Positions 1 to 8,260 of a DNA stretch of 29,692 nt are shown one piece after another. The translations under genes and the position numbers were made by a program. This DNA is from Planctomycetota bacterium (GTDB lineage: Bacteria; Planctomycetota; UBA1135; GCA-002686595). How positions within the stretch are numbered: the stretch's first letter is position 1; every line of letters begins with the position of its first letter. The DNA lies in contig JAJFFA010001003.1 in assembly GCA_021776885.1 (NCBI GenBank), positions 1 to 29,692 of the forward strand, in the 5' to 3' direction. Under the pieces are notes generated by a model. It had not been told where the DNA came from. It ran no database searches and was given only the letters and a program-made list of their open reading frames with translations.

Positions 1-1927
1 CGAGCTGCGCCACGCGGCGCACCAGGGCCTCGCGGTTGACCAGGGTGACCCCGGGCAGCTCGCGCTCGAGGCGCGCCCCGAGGGCTTCGAGGGCCTCGAA
101 GTCGCGGGTGTAGATCGGCGTCTGCACGCGCCAGACGCCGTCCTCCAGGACGACGCGCTCGCCCAGGGTCTGCGCCGCTCCGCGCTGCACCAGGCGGGCG
201 TGGTCGAGGGCGGGCGGGGTGCGGGTGAGTCCCTCGAGGAAAGGCGTGAAGGCGCCTTGCTTGAAGCGCGAGCGCTCGCTCGCCCGCTCGAGGGCCGCGG
301 CCAGGCGCTCGCGACGCTCTGGATCGAAGAAGGCCTGCCAGCGGGCGAGTCGTGCGGCCTGGGTCGCGCGGGCGGGCAGGATGCCGGCGACGGACGCGTG
401 GCCCAGGAGATTCCCCGCGCGCTCTTCCTCGTTCAGAACCCGCGCCAGGGCGTCGTTCTGGACCAGGACGGCCTCGAGCTCGGGGCCTTCGATCAGGAGC
501 GTCGAGGACTGGTTCGCGCCCCAGGTCGCGCGCACCAGCTCCTCGTCCTGGGCCGCGTCCGGCCCCAGGCCGTTCAGGTTGCGCACGTCGCCGTCGAACT
601 CGAGGCGCAGGATGCCGAAGGCGAGCAGCGGCGTGGCCAAGAGCGCCAGCCAGCCGGCGCCGGAGCCCACGGTGTGGCGCCGCATCCAGCCCACCAGGTC
701 GATGGGAGCGGCCGCGGGCGCGCCGAAGAAGCGCTGCAGGGCGGGCAGCACGGCCAGGGCGTAGGCGGCCGCCGCCAGGATGCCGAGGCCGCCGAAGGTG
801 CCGATGTCGCGCAACCCCGGGATGGCGGAGGCGCGCAGCAGGAAGAAGGCGGCGCTGGTGGAGAGGGCGCCGAGGACCAGGGCGGCGATGGGCAGGCGCG
901 GCCCGCCGGCGTCACGCGTTGCGACGCTGGCAGCTCCTCCATCCGCTTCGCCGCCTCCACCCGCCGCGCCCGCGCGCAGCGCGACGATCACGTGCACCGC
1001 GAAGTCGAGGGTCAGCCCCAGCAGCACCGTCCCGAAGCCGATCACCGGCGCGGCGATCGTGTCCCGCCCCAGGGCGAAGAGCCCGGCGGCGACGAGGCCG
1101 CCCACCAGGGCTGGCGAGAAGGCGAAGAGCGCCAGGCGCAGGCGCCCGAGGCAGGCGATGGCGATGGCCGCCACCAGGGCCAGGCCGACCAGGGACGTGC
1201 GCGTCACGTCGCTCTTGATCAGGCGCTCGTTGTCCTTCGACGAGCGGTGCGCGCCGACGTGGGCCACGCGCAGGACGGGGAAGTCGGCCTCGATCGAGGC
1301 CTCGAGGGCGTCGAGCTTGGCCAGGAAGCGCTCGCTGCGCGCCAGGTCGCTGGCCGGGAAGCCGGGCTCGACCACCACCAGGAGGTGGCGACCGTCGGCG
1401 CTGAGCAGCCGGCCGTCCTCGATGCGCGCACCGGGCGGGCCGGCCGCGACCTGGGAGAGGGCGCTGAAGGCGGAGGCGGCCAGGCCCAGGGGATCCTCCG
1501 CCGCGTGCTGGGCGAGCCAGGCGCCATCGGGCTCCTGCAGGCGGCGCTCGAGGGTCAGGACGGCCTCGAGCACGGCGTCCTCCTGGGTGCGCGCCTCGAG
1601 GGTCTCGAAGCCCGCGTCGGGCAGGAGCTGGGGCAGGTGCTCGCGCACCAGGTCGGTCAGTTCGAGGGCGTCCCCGGGGGAGAACTCGGCCCGCGCGCTC
1701 TCGACCAGCTCGGCTGCGAGCAGCTCGTCCGCGATGCGGTCGGCGGCTCGACCCAGGGCGTCGAGTTCGCAGCCCGCGGCGCAGGAGACGTCGATGACCG
1801 TGCGCTCGAGGAAGCCGCGCAGGGTGCGCGTGCTGCGCGCGACGACGGCGTCGCCGTCCGGCAAGAGGCGCGCCAGGTCGTGGTCGAGGGACAGGCGCGT
1901 GGCGACCAGCGCCGCGGCCAGCAGCAC
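1..1927 (-). CDS. MMPL/RND-family exporter of aryl-polyene/flexirubin-type clusters (partial, 3' end outside window; start uncertain)
   Basis: Open frame from about 1930 to position 1, absent from the ORF track because it has no stop. It reads VLLAAALVATRLSLDHDLARLLPDGD...EDPLGL...GFGTVLLGLTLDFAVH...GALSTSAAF...GLRDIGTFGGLG, with multiple TM segments. The first in-frame GTG is at 1927; the GTG at 1977 overlapping the GT2 stop is out of frame by 1 nt. Confidence 0.88.
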   Translation of the reverse strand, partial: MLLAAALVATRLSLDHDLARLLPDGDAVVARSTRTLRGFLERTVIDVSCAAGCELDALGRAADRIADELLAAELVESARAEFSPGDALELTDLVREHLPQLLPDAGFETLEARTQEDAVLEAVLTLERRLQEPDGAWLAQHAAEDPLGLAASAFSALSQVAAGPPGARIEDGRLLSADGRHLLVVVEPGFPASDLARSERFLAKLDALEASIEADFPVLRVAHVGAHRSSKDNERLIKSDVTRTSLVGLALVAAIAIACLGRLRLALFAFSPALVGGLVAAGLFALGRDTIAAPVIGFGTVLLGLTLDFAVHVIVALRAGAAGGGGEADGGAASVATRDAGGPRLPIAALVLGALSTSAAFFLLRASAIPGLRDIGTFGGLGILAAAAYALAVLPALQRFFGAPAAAPIDLVGWMRRHTVGSGAGWLALLATPLLAFGILRLEFDGDVRNLNGLGPDAAQDEELVRATWGANQSSTLLIEGPELEAVLVQNDALARVLNEEERAGNLLGHASVAGILPARATQAARLARWQAFFDPERRERLAAALERASERSRFKQGAFTPFLEGLTRTPPALDHARLVQRGAAQTLGERVVLEDGVWRVQTPIYTRDFEALEALGARLERELPGVTLVNREALVRRVAQL

Positions 1928-1973
1928 CAGGGACGTCAGACCCGCGCGGCGGAGGGGGGAGGCGCGGATCGCG

Positions 1974-3143
1974 TCACTCCGTCTTCCAGCCCGCCGGTGG
2001 CCGCTTGAGCGCGGCGAAGGCGAGCAGGGTCAGGGCGAAGCCCGCGGCCGAGACCAGGCCGGCCAGGGCGAAGCTGCCGACGACCCAGTTGAGGAAGTCG
2101 GCGCGCTCCAGGTCCAGCCCGGTCAGGTCGCCCCCCGCACCCCCGCGGATGCGCCGGCCCAGGACCAGGGAGGCGTACAGGATGGGCGGGATCATCAGCG
2201 GGAAGGAGACGTGGGCGGCGAGCACCGCCACGGCCTTCGAAGCGCGCAGGAGGTGGGCCAGGGTCAGGGTCAACGCGACCTGGAAGCCCCAGAAGGGGGC
2301 GATGCCCATGAAGAGGCCCAGGGCCACGGAGCCGGCGACGTGCAGGGGCGGACCGTGCCCCTCGAGGAACAGGCTGCGCGCGCCGCGGGCCACGCGCGCG
2401 CGGAAGCCCAGGGCGTGGAACTCGCGTTTGCAAATCAGCGCCAGGAACATGGGCGGCAGGGCCACGCGCAGGAACACGAGGTGCGTGTTGAGCGCCGCGA
2501 TGCGCAGGAAGTCGACCACCGGGCGGAAGTGCGAGACGCGCTCGTCGCCCTGGTCGTAGACGACCCGCACCGGGACCGAGCGCAGGGGCACGCCGCACCA
2601 GGAGGCCTTGACCAGGACCTCGACCTCGTAGCCGAAGCGGCGGTTCTTCAGCACCAGGGAGCGGATCGCGTCGAGGGGATAGACGCGGTAGCCGGTCTGG
2701 GTGTCGGGCAGGCGCTCGCCGGTCTCGACCCGCGTCCAGAAATTCGAAACGCGGCACCCGAAGCGGCTGCCCTTCCCGGCCCCCGCGGCGAGTAGATCGC
2801 GGGCGCCGATGATCAGGGCCTCGGGCTCGCGCTCGAGGGCCTCGAGCAGCTGCGGCACGTCCTCGGGGTAGTGCTGGCCGTCCGAGTCGAGGGTGATGGC
2901 GTGGCTGAAGCCCCGGGCCTGGGCCTCAGCGAAGCCGGTCTCGAGGGCGGCGCCCTTGCCCTGGTTGAGCGGGTGGCTCAGGACGCCGATGCCCTCGATC
3001 CCCGCCAGCACCTCGCCCGTGCCGTCCGTCGAACCGTCGTCCACCACGAGCACCTCCAGACCGGTGGCCAGGGAGCGCTCGACCACGTCCCGCAGGCTGC
3101 GGGCGTTGTTATAGGTAGGGATCAGGATGCAGGCGGCGCTCAC
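1974..3143 (-). CDS. Glycosyltransferase family 2 fused to C-terminal DUF2062 membrane domain
   Basis: LIPTYNN, VVDDGSTDG, NQGKGAAL, TLDSDGQH, DTQTGYRVY and FGYEVEVL motifs, followed by hydrophobic ALGLFMGIAPFWGFQ...PPILYASLVLG. Start placed at GTG 3143; the alternative is ATG 3152. Confidence 0.9.
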   Translation of the reverse strand: MSAACILIPTYNNARSLRDVVERSLATGLEVLVVDDGSTDGTGEVLAGIEGIGVLSHPLNQGKGAALETGFAEAQARGFSHAITLDSDGQHYPEDVPQLLEALEREPEALIIGARDLLAAGAGKGSRFGCRVSNFWTRVETGERLPDTQTGYRVYPLDAIRSLVLKNRRFGYEVEVLVKASWCGVPLRSVPVRVVYDQGDERVSHFRPVVDFLRIAALNTHLVFLRVALPPMFLALICKREFHALGFRARVARGARSLFLEGHGPPLHVAGSVALGLFMGIAPFWGFQVALTLTLAHLLRASKAVAVLAAHVSFPLMIPPILYASLVLGRRIRGGAGGDLTGLDLERADFLNWVVGSFALAGLVSAAGFALTLLAFAALKRPPAGWKTE

Positions 3144-3150
3144 GCCGGGC

Positions 3151-3156
3151 ATCCTA
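3151..3156 (-). promoter_or_regulatory. Putative -10 hexamer TAGGAT, 7 nt upstream of the GT2 GTG start (leaderless-type)
   Basis: Minus strand reads gcggaTAGGATgcccggcGTG; no Shine-Dalgarno. Confidence 0.4.
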
Positions 3157-3180
3157 TCCGCCGGAGGCCCGGAAGCGGGA

Positions 3181-3200
3181 GCGCGTGCACAGCCCTGAAG
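3181..3200 (+). repeat. Left arm of interrupted inverted repeat (gcgcgtgc-aca-gccctgaag)
   Basis: Its 8-bp and 9-bp blocks are exact reverse complements of 6667-6674 and 6658-6666. It overlaps the halogenase 1 start codon. Confidence 0.7.
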
Positions 3201-4885
3201 ACTGCTACGACGTCGCCGTCCTGGGCTCCGGCCTGGGCGGCTCGAGCCTGGCCGCGATCCTCGCGCGCCAGGGCCTGCGCACGCTCCTGCTCGAGGCGCA
3301 GAGCCACCCGCGCTTCAGCGTGGGCGAGTCGGTGGTGGCCGAGTTCGGCGCCCGGGCCGAGCTCCTGGCGCGGGCCTTCGACGTGCCGGAGCTGGCGCAC
3401 ATGCGCAACTTCCAGCGCCTGGCGCGCATCAGCGCGGGCTCGGGGCCCAAGCGCAACTTCAGCTTCCTGCACCACACGCAAGGCCGCGAGCAGCGCCCCG
3501 GGGACGTGTGCCAGTTCGAGACCATGGCGCCGCCCCTCGGGCCCGACAGCCACATCCTGCGCGCCGAGCTGGACGCGTACCTGACCAGCGTCGCCGTGGG
3601 CTACGGCGCGGACTATCGCGACGGGAGCCCGGTGGAGAGCGTGGAGCGCAGGGGTGACGTCATGGCCCTGCGCGCCGGCGGGCGTGGGTACACGGCGCGC
3701 TTCGTGGTCGATGGGAGCGGCCCGGGCTCGTGCCTCGCCCGGCCCCTGGCGGACCCCGGACTGCGCGCGGACACGCGCTCGCTCTTCACGCACATGGTCG
3801 GCGTGGGCGCCATCGACGCGCTGCGCGGAGCGGGACCGCGGCTCAAGAGCTCCCCCGACCAGGGCACCCTGCACCACACCTTCGACGGGGGCTGGTTCTG
3901 GGTGATTCCCTTCGGCAACCACCGCGCGTCCCTGCACGACACGTGCAGCGTGGGACTGACCCTCGAGCGCTCGCGCTTTCCCGACAACGAGCTGCCCGCG
4001 GCCCAGGAGTTCGCCGAGTTCGCGGCGCGCTTCCCCACGGTCGCGGCCCAGTTCGAGGGCGCGCGTCCGATTCGGAGCTGGGTCAAGACGGGCCGTCTGC
4101 AGCGCCGGGTCGAGCGGGTGACGGGGGAGGGCTGGTGCCTGCTGCCCCACACGGCGGGCTTCGTCGATCCGCTCTTCTCGGGCGGCATGGTGCTGACCCT
4201 GCTCGGGGTACAGCGCATCGCGCAGCTCTTGCTCCAGGGTTTCGAGCAGGACGACCTGGCGCCGGCGCGCTTCGCCTCCCTCGACGAGGACGCCGCCGCC
4301 AACGCCGAGATCCAGGACACCCTGGTGCACAGCGCGTACCTCGCGTTCCGCTCCCACGCCCTGTTCCACGCCTGGTACCGCATCTGGGCCCTGGGCAACT
4401 TCCACGCGGCCCTGGGCCTGACCCGCGAGCTCCTGGCCCACGCCGCGGACCGCGGCCACGACCTCCTGGCGGGGGCCGAGGCTCCGCTGCACCGGCGCGT
4501 GATGGGCATGGGGCATCCGCGCTTGCGCGCGCTGCTCGACCAGGGTCACGCCGTGCTCGAGCGGGTGGCGGCGGGGGAGCTGGACGCCAGCCAGGGTGTC
4601 GACGCGCTCTTCGGTCTGGTCGAGGGTCTCGACTGGGTACCGCCCCAGTTCCACGTCGCGGACCGCGGCCGCGCGTACCTGACCTCGTTCACCGTGGCGC
4701 CGATGCTGCGCATGGTGACCTGGGGCAAACGCCACGCGCCGCCCGACGTGCGCGAGGCGTACTACGACCTGAGTCCCGTATACTTCCAGGAGCTGATCCG
4801 CTGCTTCGGCCGCGAGGGCGCAGGCGGACTTTCTTCTTTCTGGCGAGTGTTCCAGCACGCACACACATCCCGTGGCCGAGCCTGA
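3185..4885 (+). CDS. Flavin-dependent halogenase, PrnC-like (free-substrate type)
   Basis: 566 aa. GSGLGG FAD motif, HPRFSVGES, GPKRNFSF (catalytic-Lys position), QGTLHHTFDGGWFWVIPFGNH (WxWxIP), WVKTGRLQ and HTAGFVDPLFS. These match the motif series and length I recall for PrnC. Confidence 0.85.
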   Translation: MHSPEDCYDVAVLGSGLGGSSLAAILARQGLRTLLLEAQSHPRFSVGESVVAEFGARAELLARAFDVPELAHMRNFQRLARISAGSGPKRNFSFLHHTQGREQRPGDVCQFETMAPPLGPDSHILRAELDAYLTSVAVGYGADYRDGSPVESVERRGDVMALRAGGRGYTARFVVDGSGPGSCLARPLADPGLRADTRSLFTHMVGVGAIDALRGAGPRLKSSPDQGTLHHTFDGGWFWVIPFGNHRASLHDTCSVGLTLERSRFPDNELPAAQEFAEFAARFPTVAAQFEGARPIRSWVKTGRLQRRVERVTGEGWCLLPHTAGFVDPLFSGGMVLTLLGVQRIAQLLLQGFEQDDLAPARFASLDEDAAANAEIQDTLVHSAYLAFRSHALFHAWYRIWALGNFHAALGLTRELLAHAADRGHDLLAGAEAPLHRRVMGMGHPRLRALLDQGHAVLERVAAGELDASQGVDALFGLVEGLDWVPPQFHVADRGRAYLTSFTVAPMLRMVTWGKRHAPPDVREAYYDLSPVYFQELIRCFGREGAGGLSSFWRVFQHAHTSRGRA

Positions 4886-6098
4886 CGAGATCCCGCTCGA
4901 GACGGACGTGGTGGTGGTGGGCGCGGGCCCGGCCGGCGCGACCCTCGGCTACCTGCTGGCCCAGCGCGGCCGCGACGTGGTCGTGCTCGAGCGCGCGCCG
5001 GACGTGCCCTTCAAGATCGGCGAGTCGCTCCTGCCCGCCGGCATCGACCTGTGCCACCGCATGGGGCTCGAGGCCACCCTGCGCGACCACGGTTTCGTGC
5101 CCAAGCTGGCGGCCCAGTTCATCCTGCCCGACGGCGAACGCGGCCGCTTCCCCTTCTCGGACGGCCTGCCCGACAGCAGCCACGGCTCCCTGGCCTACGA
5201 GGTCAAGCGCCGCGAGTTCGACACGATCCTGGTCGACCACGCCCGCTCGGCGGGGGCGCGCGTCTACTTCGACACGCGCGTCGCGGACCTCGAGCTGCAC
5301 GACGGGGGCGCGCGCCTGGACCTGGCGGACGGGCGCTCGATCTCCGCGCGCTTTCTGGTCGACGCCACCGGCCAGGCCCACTGGGTCGCGCGCAAGCTGG
5401 GCCTGGCACGGCCCATCGCGGGCCTGGGCAAGGCGGCGATCTTCGCCCACTTCGACGGCATCCCCCACGGCGAGGGCGAGCAGCGCGGCGACATCGTCGT
5501 CTTCTGGGGCGAGACCTCGTGGGTCTGGATCATCCCCTTCAGCGACGGCACCACCAGCGTCGGCGCGGTCGCCGACCCGGCCACCCTGCGCGCCGCGGGC
5601 AAGACGGACCAGGAGCGCTTCGACACCCTCTGCTCCCTGACCGAGCACCACGGCGTGCTTCTGGGCGAGCGCCGCGCCCTGATGCCCCTCGAGCGCCGCG
5701 CCGACTTCTCCTACGAGTGCGAGCGCCTGTGCGGCCCGCGCTTCGCCCTGACCGGCGACGCCTCGGGCTTCATCGACCCGATCTTCTCGACGGGCGTCTT
5801 CCTGGCCCAGCAGAGCGCCTTCCTGATCGCGGACCCCCTGGCCGCGGCCCTGGACGAATCACGCCCCCTGAGCGATTCCGAGCAGGCCCACTACACGGCC
5901 ACCCTGCGCAAGGGCTTCGAGCGCTTCCGCTCGATGGTCCAGGGCTCCTACGACCACGGCTTCGTGCAACGCGCGGTCAAGCTACGCCGCCGCCGCGGCA
6001 TGCGCGCCGCCTTCACCTCACTCCTCGCGGGCGACGTCTTCGACGACGACAACCCCCTGATCACCATGGGCCTGCTCGAGAGGGGCATGCACTTCTAG
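4872..6098 (+). CDS. FAD-dependent halogenase-like oxidoreductase (PltA/CndH-like, carrier-protein type)
   Basis: 408 aa. GAGPAG, FKIGESLLP, GFVPKLAAQF (Lys), WVWIIP and GDASGFIDPIFSTG. GTG start overlaps the halogenase 1 stop by 14 nt. Confidence 0.8.
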   Translation: MAEPDEIPLETDVVVVGAGPAGATLGYLLAQRGRDVVVLERAPDVPFKIGESLLPAGIDLCHRMGLEATLRDHGFVPKLAAQFILPDGERGRFPFSDGLPDSSHGSLAYEVKRREFDTILVDHARSAGARVYFDTRVADLELHDGGARLDLADGRSISARFLVDATGQAHWVARKLGLARPIAGLGKAAIFAHFDGIPHGEGEQRGDIVVFWGETSWVWIIPFSDGTTSVGAVADPATLRAAGKTDQERFDTLCSLTEHHGVLLGERRALMPLERRADFSYECERLCGPRFALTGDASGFIDPIFSTGVFLAQQSAFLIADPLAAALDESRPLSDSEQAHYTATLRKGFERFRSMVQGSYDHGFVQRAVKLRRRRGMRAAFTSLLAGDVFDDDNPLITMGLLERGMHF

Positions 6099-6135
6099 GG
6101 TTTCCAGGGCTCGAGCTGGGGCCCAGTCGACCGAT

Positions 6136-6155
6136 ATACCAGAATATGGTATCAT
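6136..6155 (+). promoter_or_regulatory. parDE promoter/operator: extended -10 TGnTATCAT overlapped by inverted repeat ATACCA-N5-TGGTAT
   Basis: TG at 6147-6148, TATCAT at 6150-6155, inverted repeat at 6136-6141/6147-6152, SD GGAGG at 6173-6177 before ATG 6183. RHH antitoxins typically autorepress at such sites. Confidence 0.6.
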
Positions 6156-6182
6156 GGTCTGAGGCCACGTAGGGAGGTACCC

Positions 6183-6437
6183 ATGCCCAAGAACACATCT
6201 TTCATCCTCGGTGATCACTTCGACGCCTTCGTGGCGGCGCAGATCGATGCCGGCCGCTACGCGAATGCGACCGACGTGATCCGCTCGGGCCTGCGGCTGC
6301 TCGAAGAGCATGAGGACCAGGTGGCGGCACTACGCCAAGCTCTGATCGAAGGCGAGGAGAGCGGCGTGGCCGGTCCCTTGGACATGGCGAAGATCAAGAG
6401 ACAAGCGCGCGAAGAGGCGGGCCCGGCGCCGTCGTAA
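6183..6437 (+). CDS. parD: Type II antitoxin, ParD/CC2985 ribbon-helix-helix family
   Basis: 84 aa MPKNTSFILGDHFDAFV...GRYANATDVIRSGLRLLEE...LRQALIEGEESG; strong SD; TAATG coupling to the toxin. Confidence 0.92.
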   Translation: MPKNTSFILGDHFDAFVAAQIDAGRYANATDVIRSGLRLLEEHEDQVAALRQALIEGEESGVAGPLDMAKIKRQAREEAGPAPS

Positions 6438-6661
6438 TGCGCGCGCTGGTCATCAGCGTCCGCGCAGAGGCCGATCTTCGCGAGATCTGGCGCTACAGCT
6501 TCAAGGAATGGGGCGTAGAGCAAGCCGACCGCTATCTCGACGAGCTCGATGACGGCCTGCAGGAGTGCGGCGCAGATCCAGAACGTGGAAGGCATCGCGA
6601 AGCCGTGCGACCTGATTACTGGTCGCGGCTCGTGCGCAAGCACGTCGTCTTCTACACCTTC
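6437..6661 (+). pseudogene. parE: ParE-family toxin, C-terminally truncated at about 75 aa, with no own stop codon
   Basis: AEADLREIWRYSFKEWGVEQADRYLDEL...YWSRLVRKHVVFYTF is ParE-like. Similarity ends at the inverted repeat (6658), and the frame then runs antisense through the PKS operon to 8611. Confidence 0.8.
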
Positions 6662-6674
6662 AGGGCGCACGCGC
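6658..6674 (-). repeat. Right arm of interrupted inverted repeat (cttcagggc-gcacgcgc)
   Basis: Reverse complement gcgcgtgc-gccctgaag matches 3181-3188 plus 3192-3200. It coincides with the parE breakpoint, 6 nt from the deacetylase stop. Confidence 0.7.
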
Positions 6675-6679
6675 CAGCC

Positions 6680-7432
6680 TCAGACCGCGCACGTCTCGAG
6701 GCCGGCTCGGTCGAGGCCGTCGAGGAGGCCGCGGGTGATGGCGAGCACGCGCTCTGGCGGCAAGCCGCCGTCGTGGAGCAGGACGATGGCGCCCGGGTGG
6801 GTTGCGGCGAGGACGCGTTCGACCACCTGCTGCGCGGGCTCGCTCGAGCGGTCGTAGCTGCGCACGCTCCAGCCGACGACGGTCAGGCCCAGGGCGGCGG
6901 CGGTGGGGTGCACGGCCGGATTGCGCAGGCCGACCGGGGGGCGGTAGTGGCGCGGGGTCTCGCCCGTCAGGTCCGTGAGGGTGCGCTGGCAGGCTTCGAT
7001 CTCGCGCTGCATCGGGCCGCGGAAGCACAGGTTGAGGAAGGGGGAGTGGCGCTCCGAGTGGTTCCCGATGACGTGGCCCTCGGCGTGAATGCGGCGCAGG
7101 AGCTCGGGCTGGGCGCGGGCCTCCTTGCCGACGACGAAGAAGGTGGCCTGGACGCCGCGTTCCGCGAGCAGATCGAGCAGGGCCGGGGTGCTCGCGGGGT
7201 TCGGGCCGTCGTCGTAGGTCAGGGCGACGCCGGGGGAGTCCGGGAGCTCGCACAGGGCGCGGCCGAAGAAGGGCGAGCGGATCGAGATCACGCCCCAGGC
7301 GACGAGGCCCAGGTAGACCAGGGCCAGCAGGACCCAGGCGCGGGCGCGGACGGGCGGCGGCAGGGCGAAGCTGGCCGCCAGGAGTGCGAAGGCTGCGAGC
7401 TGGACGCGGCGGTAGGGCGTGAGCCGCTGCAT
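6680..7432 (-). CDS. Polysaccharide deacetylase (CE4/NodB domain) with N-terminal TM hairpin
   Basis: ALTYDDGP, ATFFVVG, IGNHSERH, HYRPPVG, WSVRSYD and IVLLHDGG motifs. Confidence 0.92.
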   Translation of the reverse strand: MQRLTPYRRVQLAAFALLAASFALPPPVRARAWVLLALVYLGLVAWGVISIRSPFFGRALCELPDSPGVALTYDDGPNPASTPALLDLLAERGVQATFFVVGKEARAQPELLRRIHAEGHVIGNHSERHSPFLNLCFRGPMQREIEACQRTLTDLTGETPRHYRPPVGLRNPAVHPTAAALGLTVVGWSVRSYDRSSEPAQQVVERVLAATHPGAIVLLHDGGLPPERVLAITRGLLDGLDRAGLETCAV

Positions 7433-7435
7433 GGG

Positions 7436-8260
7436 TCAGGCGCGGGCGAGGGCGATCAGGGCGCACTCGCCCCGCGGTGTGACCTCGAGCAGGGCGATGC
7501 GCTCGGCGCGCGCATCGAGTCCGAGGGCGGCCGGGCTCGACTCGCCGGCGAGGATGGCGGCCGCCAGGGCCGTGCGCGTGGCCAGGGAGGAGGCGTGCTG
7601 GGCGCCGCCGCTGGAGACCACTGCGGCAGCGTCGTCGGCGAGCTCTGCCCTGGCCCAGGCTTCGGGGTCGTCCGGCCTGCCGAAGGCCAGGGATGCGATG
7701 CGCGCCATGGGCGACGCGGCGTCGCGCGACACGAGGCACAGGGCCCCGCCCTCCTCTTCCCCCGCGACATCCCCGGCGCGGGCCAGCTCGAGGAAGGTCT
7801 CGCGCGGCAGCTCGTCGACGGCGCCGACGCAGAACGGACCCGGGCCCGTGGCGCGGGCGGCGGCAAAGAGGGCCCAGGCGAAGGACAGCTCCCCGTGCAC
7901 GAAGGTCGAGCACTCGCCGCGGGCGCCCAGCTCCTGGGCCGCGAAGGAGGCGATCGCGTTGTGCACCGAGGCCGAGAAGGCGCGCGGCTTGGGCGTGGCC
8001 TCCTCGGCCCGGAACAGGTGCGCGAGGAAGCTCTCGGTCTCCGTCTGGCAGCCCAGGTTCGTTCCGAAGAGCACGCCCAGGGTCGGCGCCGGGTCGCTGT
8101 CTCCCAGGGCGGCCCGGGCCAGGGACAGGCCCAGGTTCGGCAGGCGCCCGCCCTTGCGCACCGGCACCCGCTCGCGCAGGGCGACGCGCCGCGCCTCGGG
8201 CAGGGCTTCGCTCCCCGCTCCCGCGGCGGCGACGGCCTGGACGTAGAGCTCGGGGTTCAC
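7436..8260 (-). CDS. Beta-ketoacyl synthase chain-length-factor-like protein (KS N-terminal fold, no catalytic Cys seen)
   Basis: GVLFGTNLGC...PKPRAFSASVHNAIASFAAQELGARGECSTFVHGELSFAWAL. GTGA overlap with the upstream KS stop. Confidence 0.75.
   Translation of the reverse strand: MNPELYVQAVAAAGAGSEALPEARRVALRERVPVRKGGRLPNLGLSLARAALGDSDPAPTLGVLFGTNLGCQTETESFLAHLFRAEEATPKPRAFSASVHNAIASFAAQELGARGECSTFVHGELSFAWALFAAARATGPGPFCVGAVDELPRETFLELARAGDVAGEEEGGALCLVSRDAASPMARIASLAFGRPDDPEAWARAELADDAAAVVSSGGAQHASSLATRTALAAAILAGESSPAALGLDARAERIALLEVTPRGECALIALARA

Noticed and set aside
895-965. Gly-rich stretch with atypical codons in MMPL, suspected frameshift
   Set aside because: Manual translation shows the frame is continuous (AGAAGGGGEADGGAASVATRDAGGPRLP); it is a loop insertion only.
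200-2795. Long plus-strand ORFs (602 aa, 671 aa and others) over the MMPL/GT2 region
   Set aside because: Antisense shadows of GC-rich coding sequence; low-complexity R/G/A/P content with no family motifs.
3153-6680. Cassette as an IS or transposon
   Set aside because: No transposase or integrase ORF and no flanking target-site duplication seen; only the short inverted repeat, which is reported separately.
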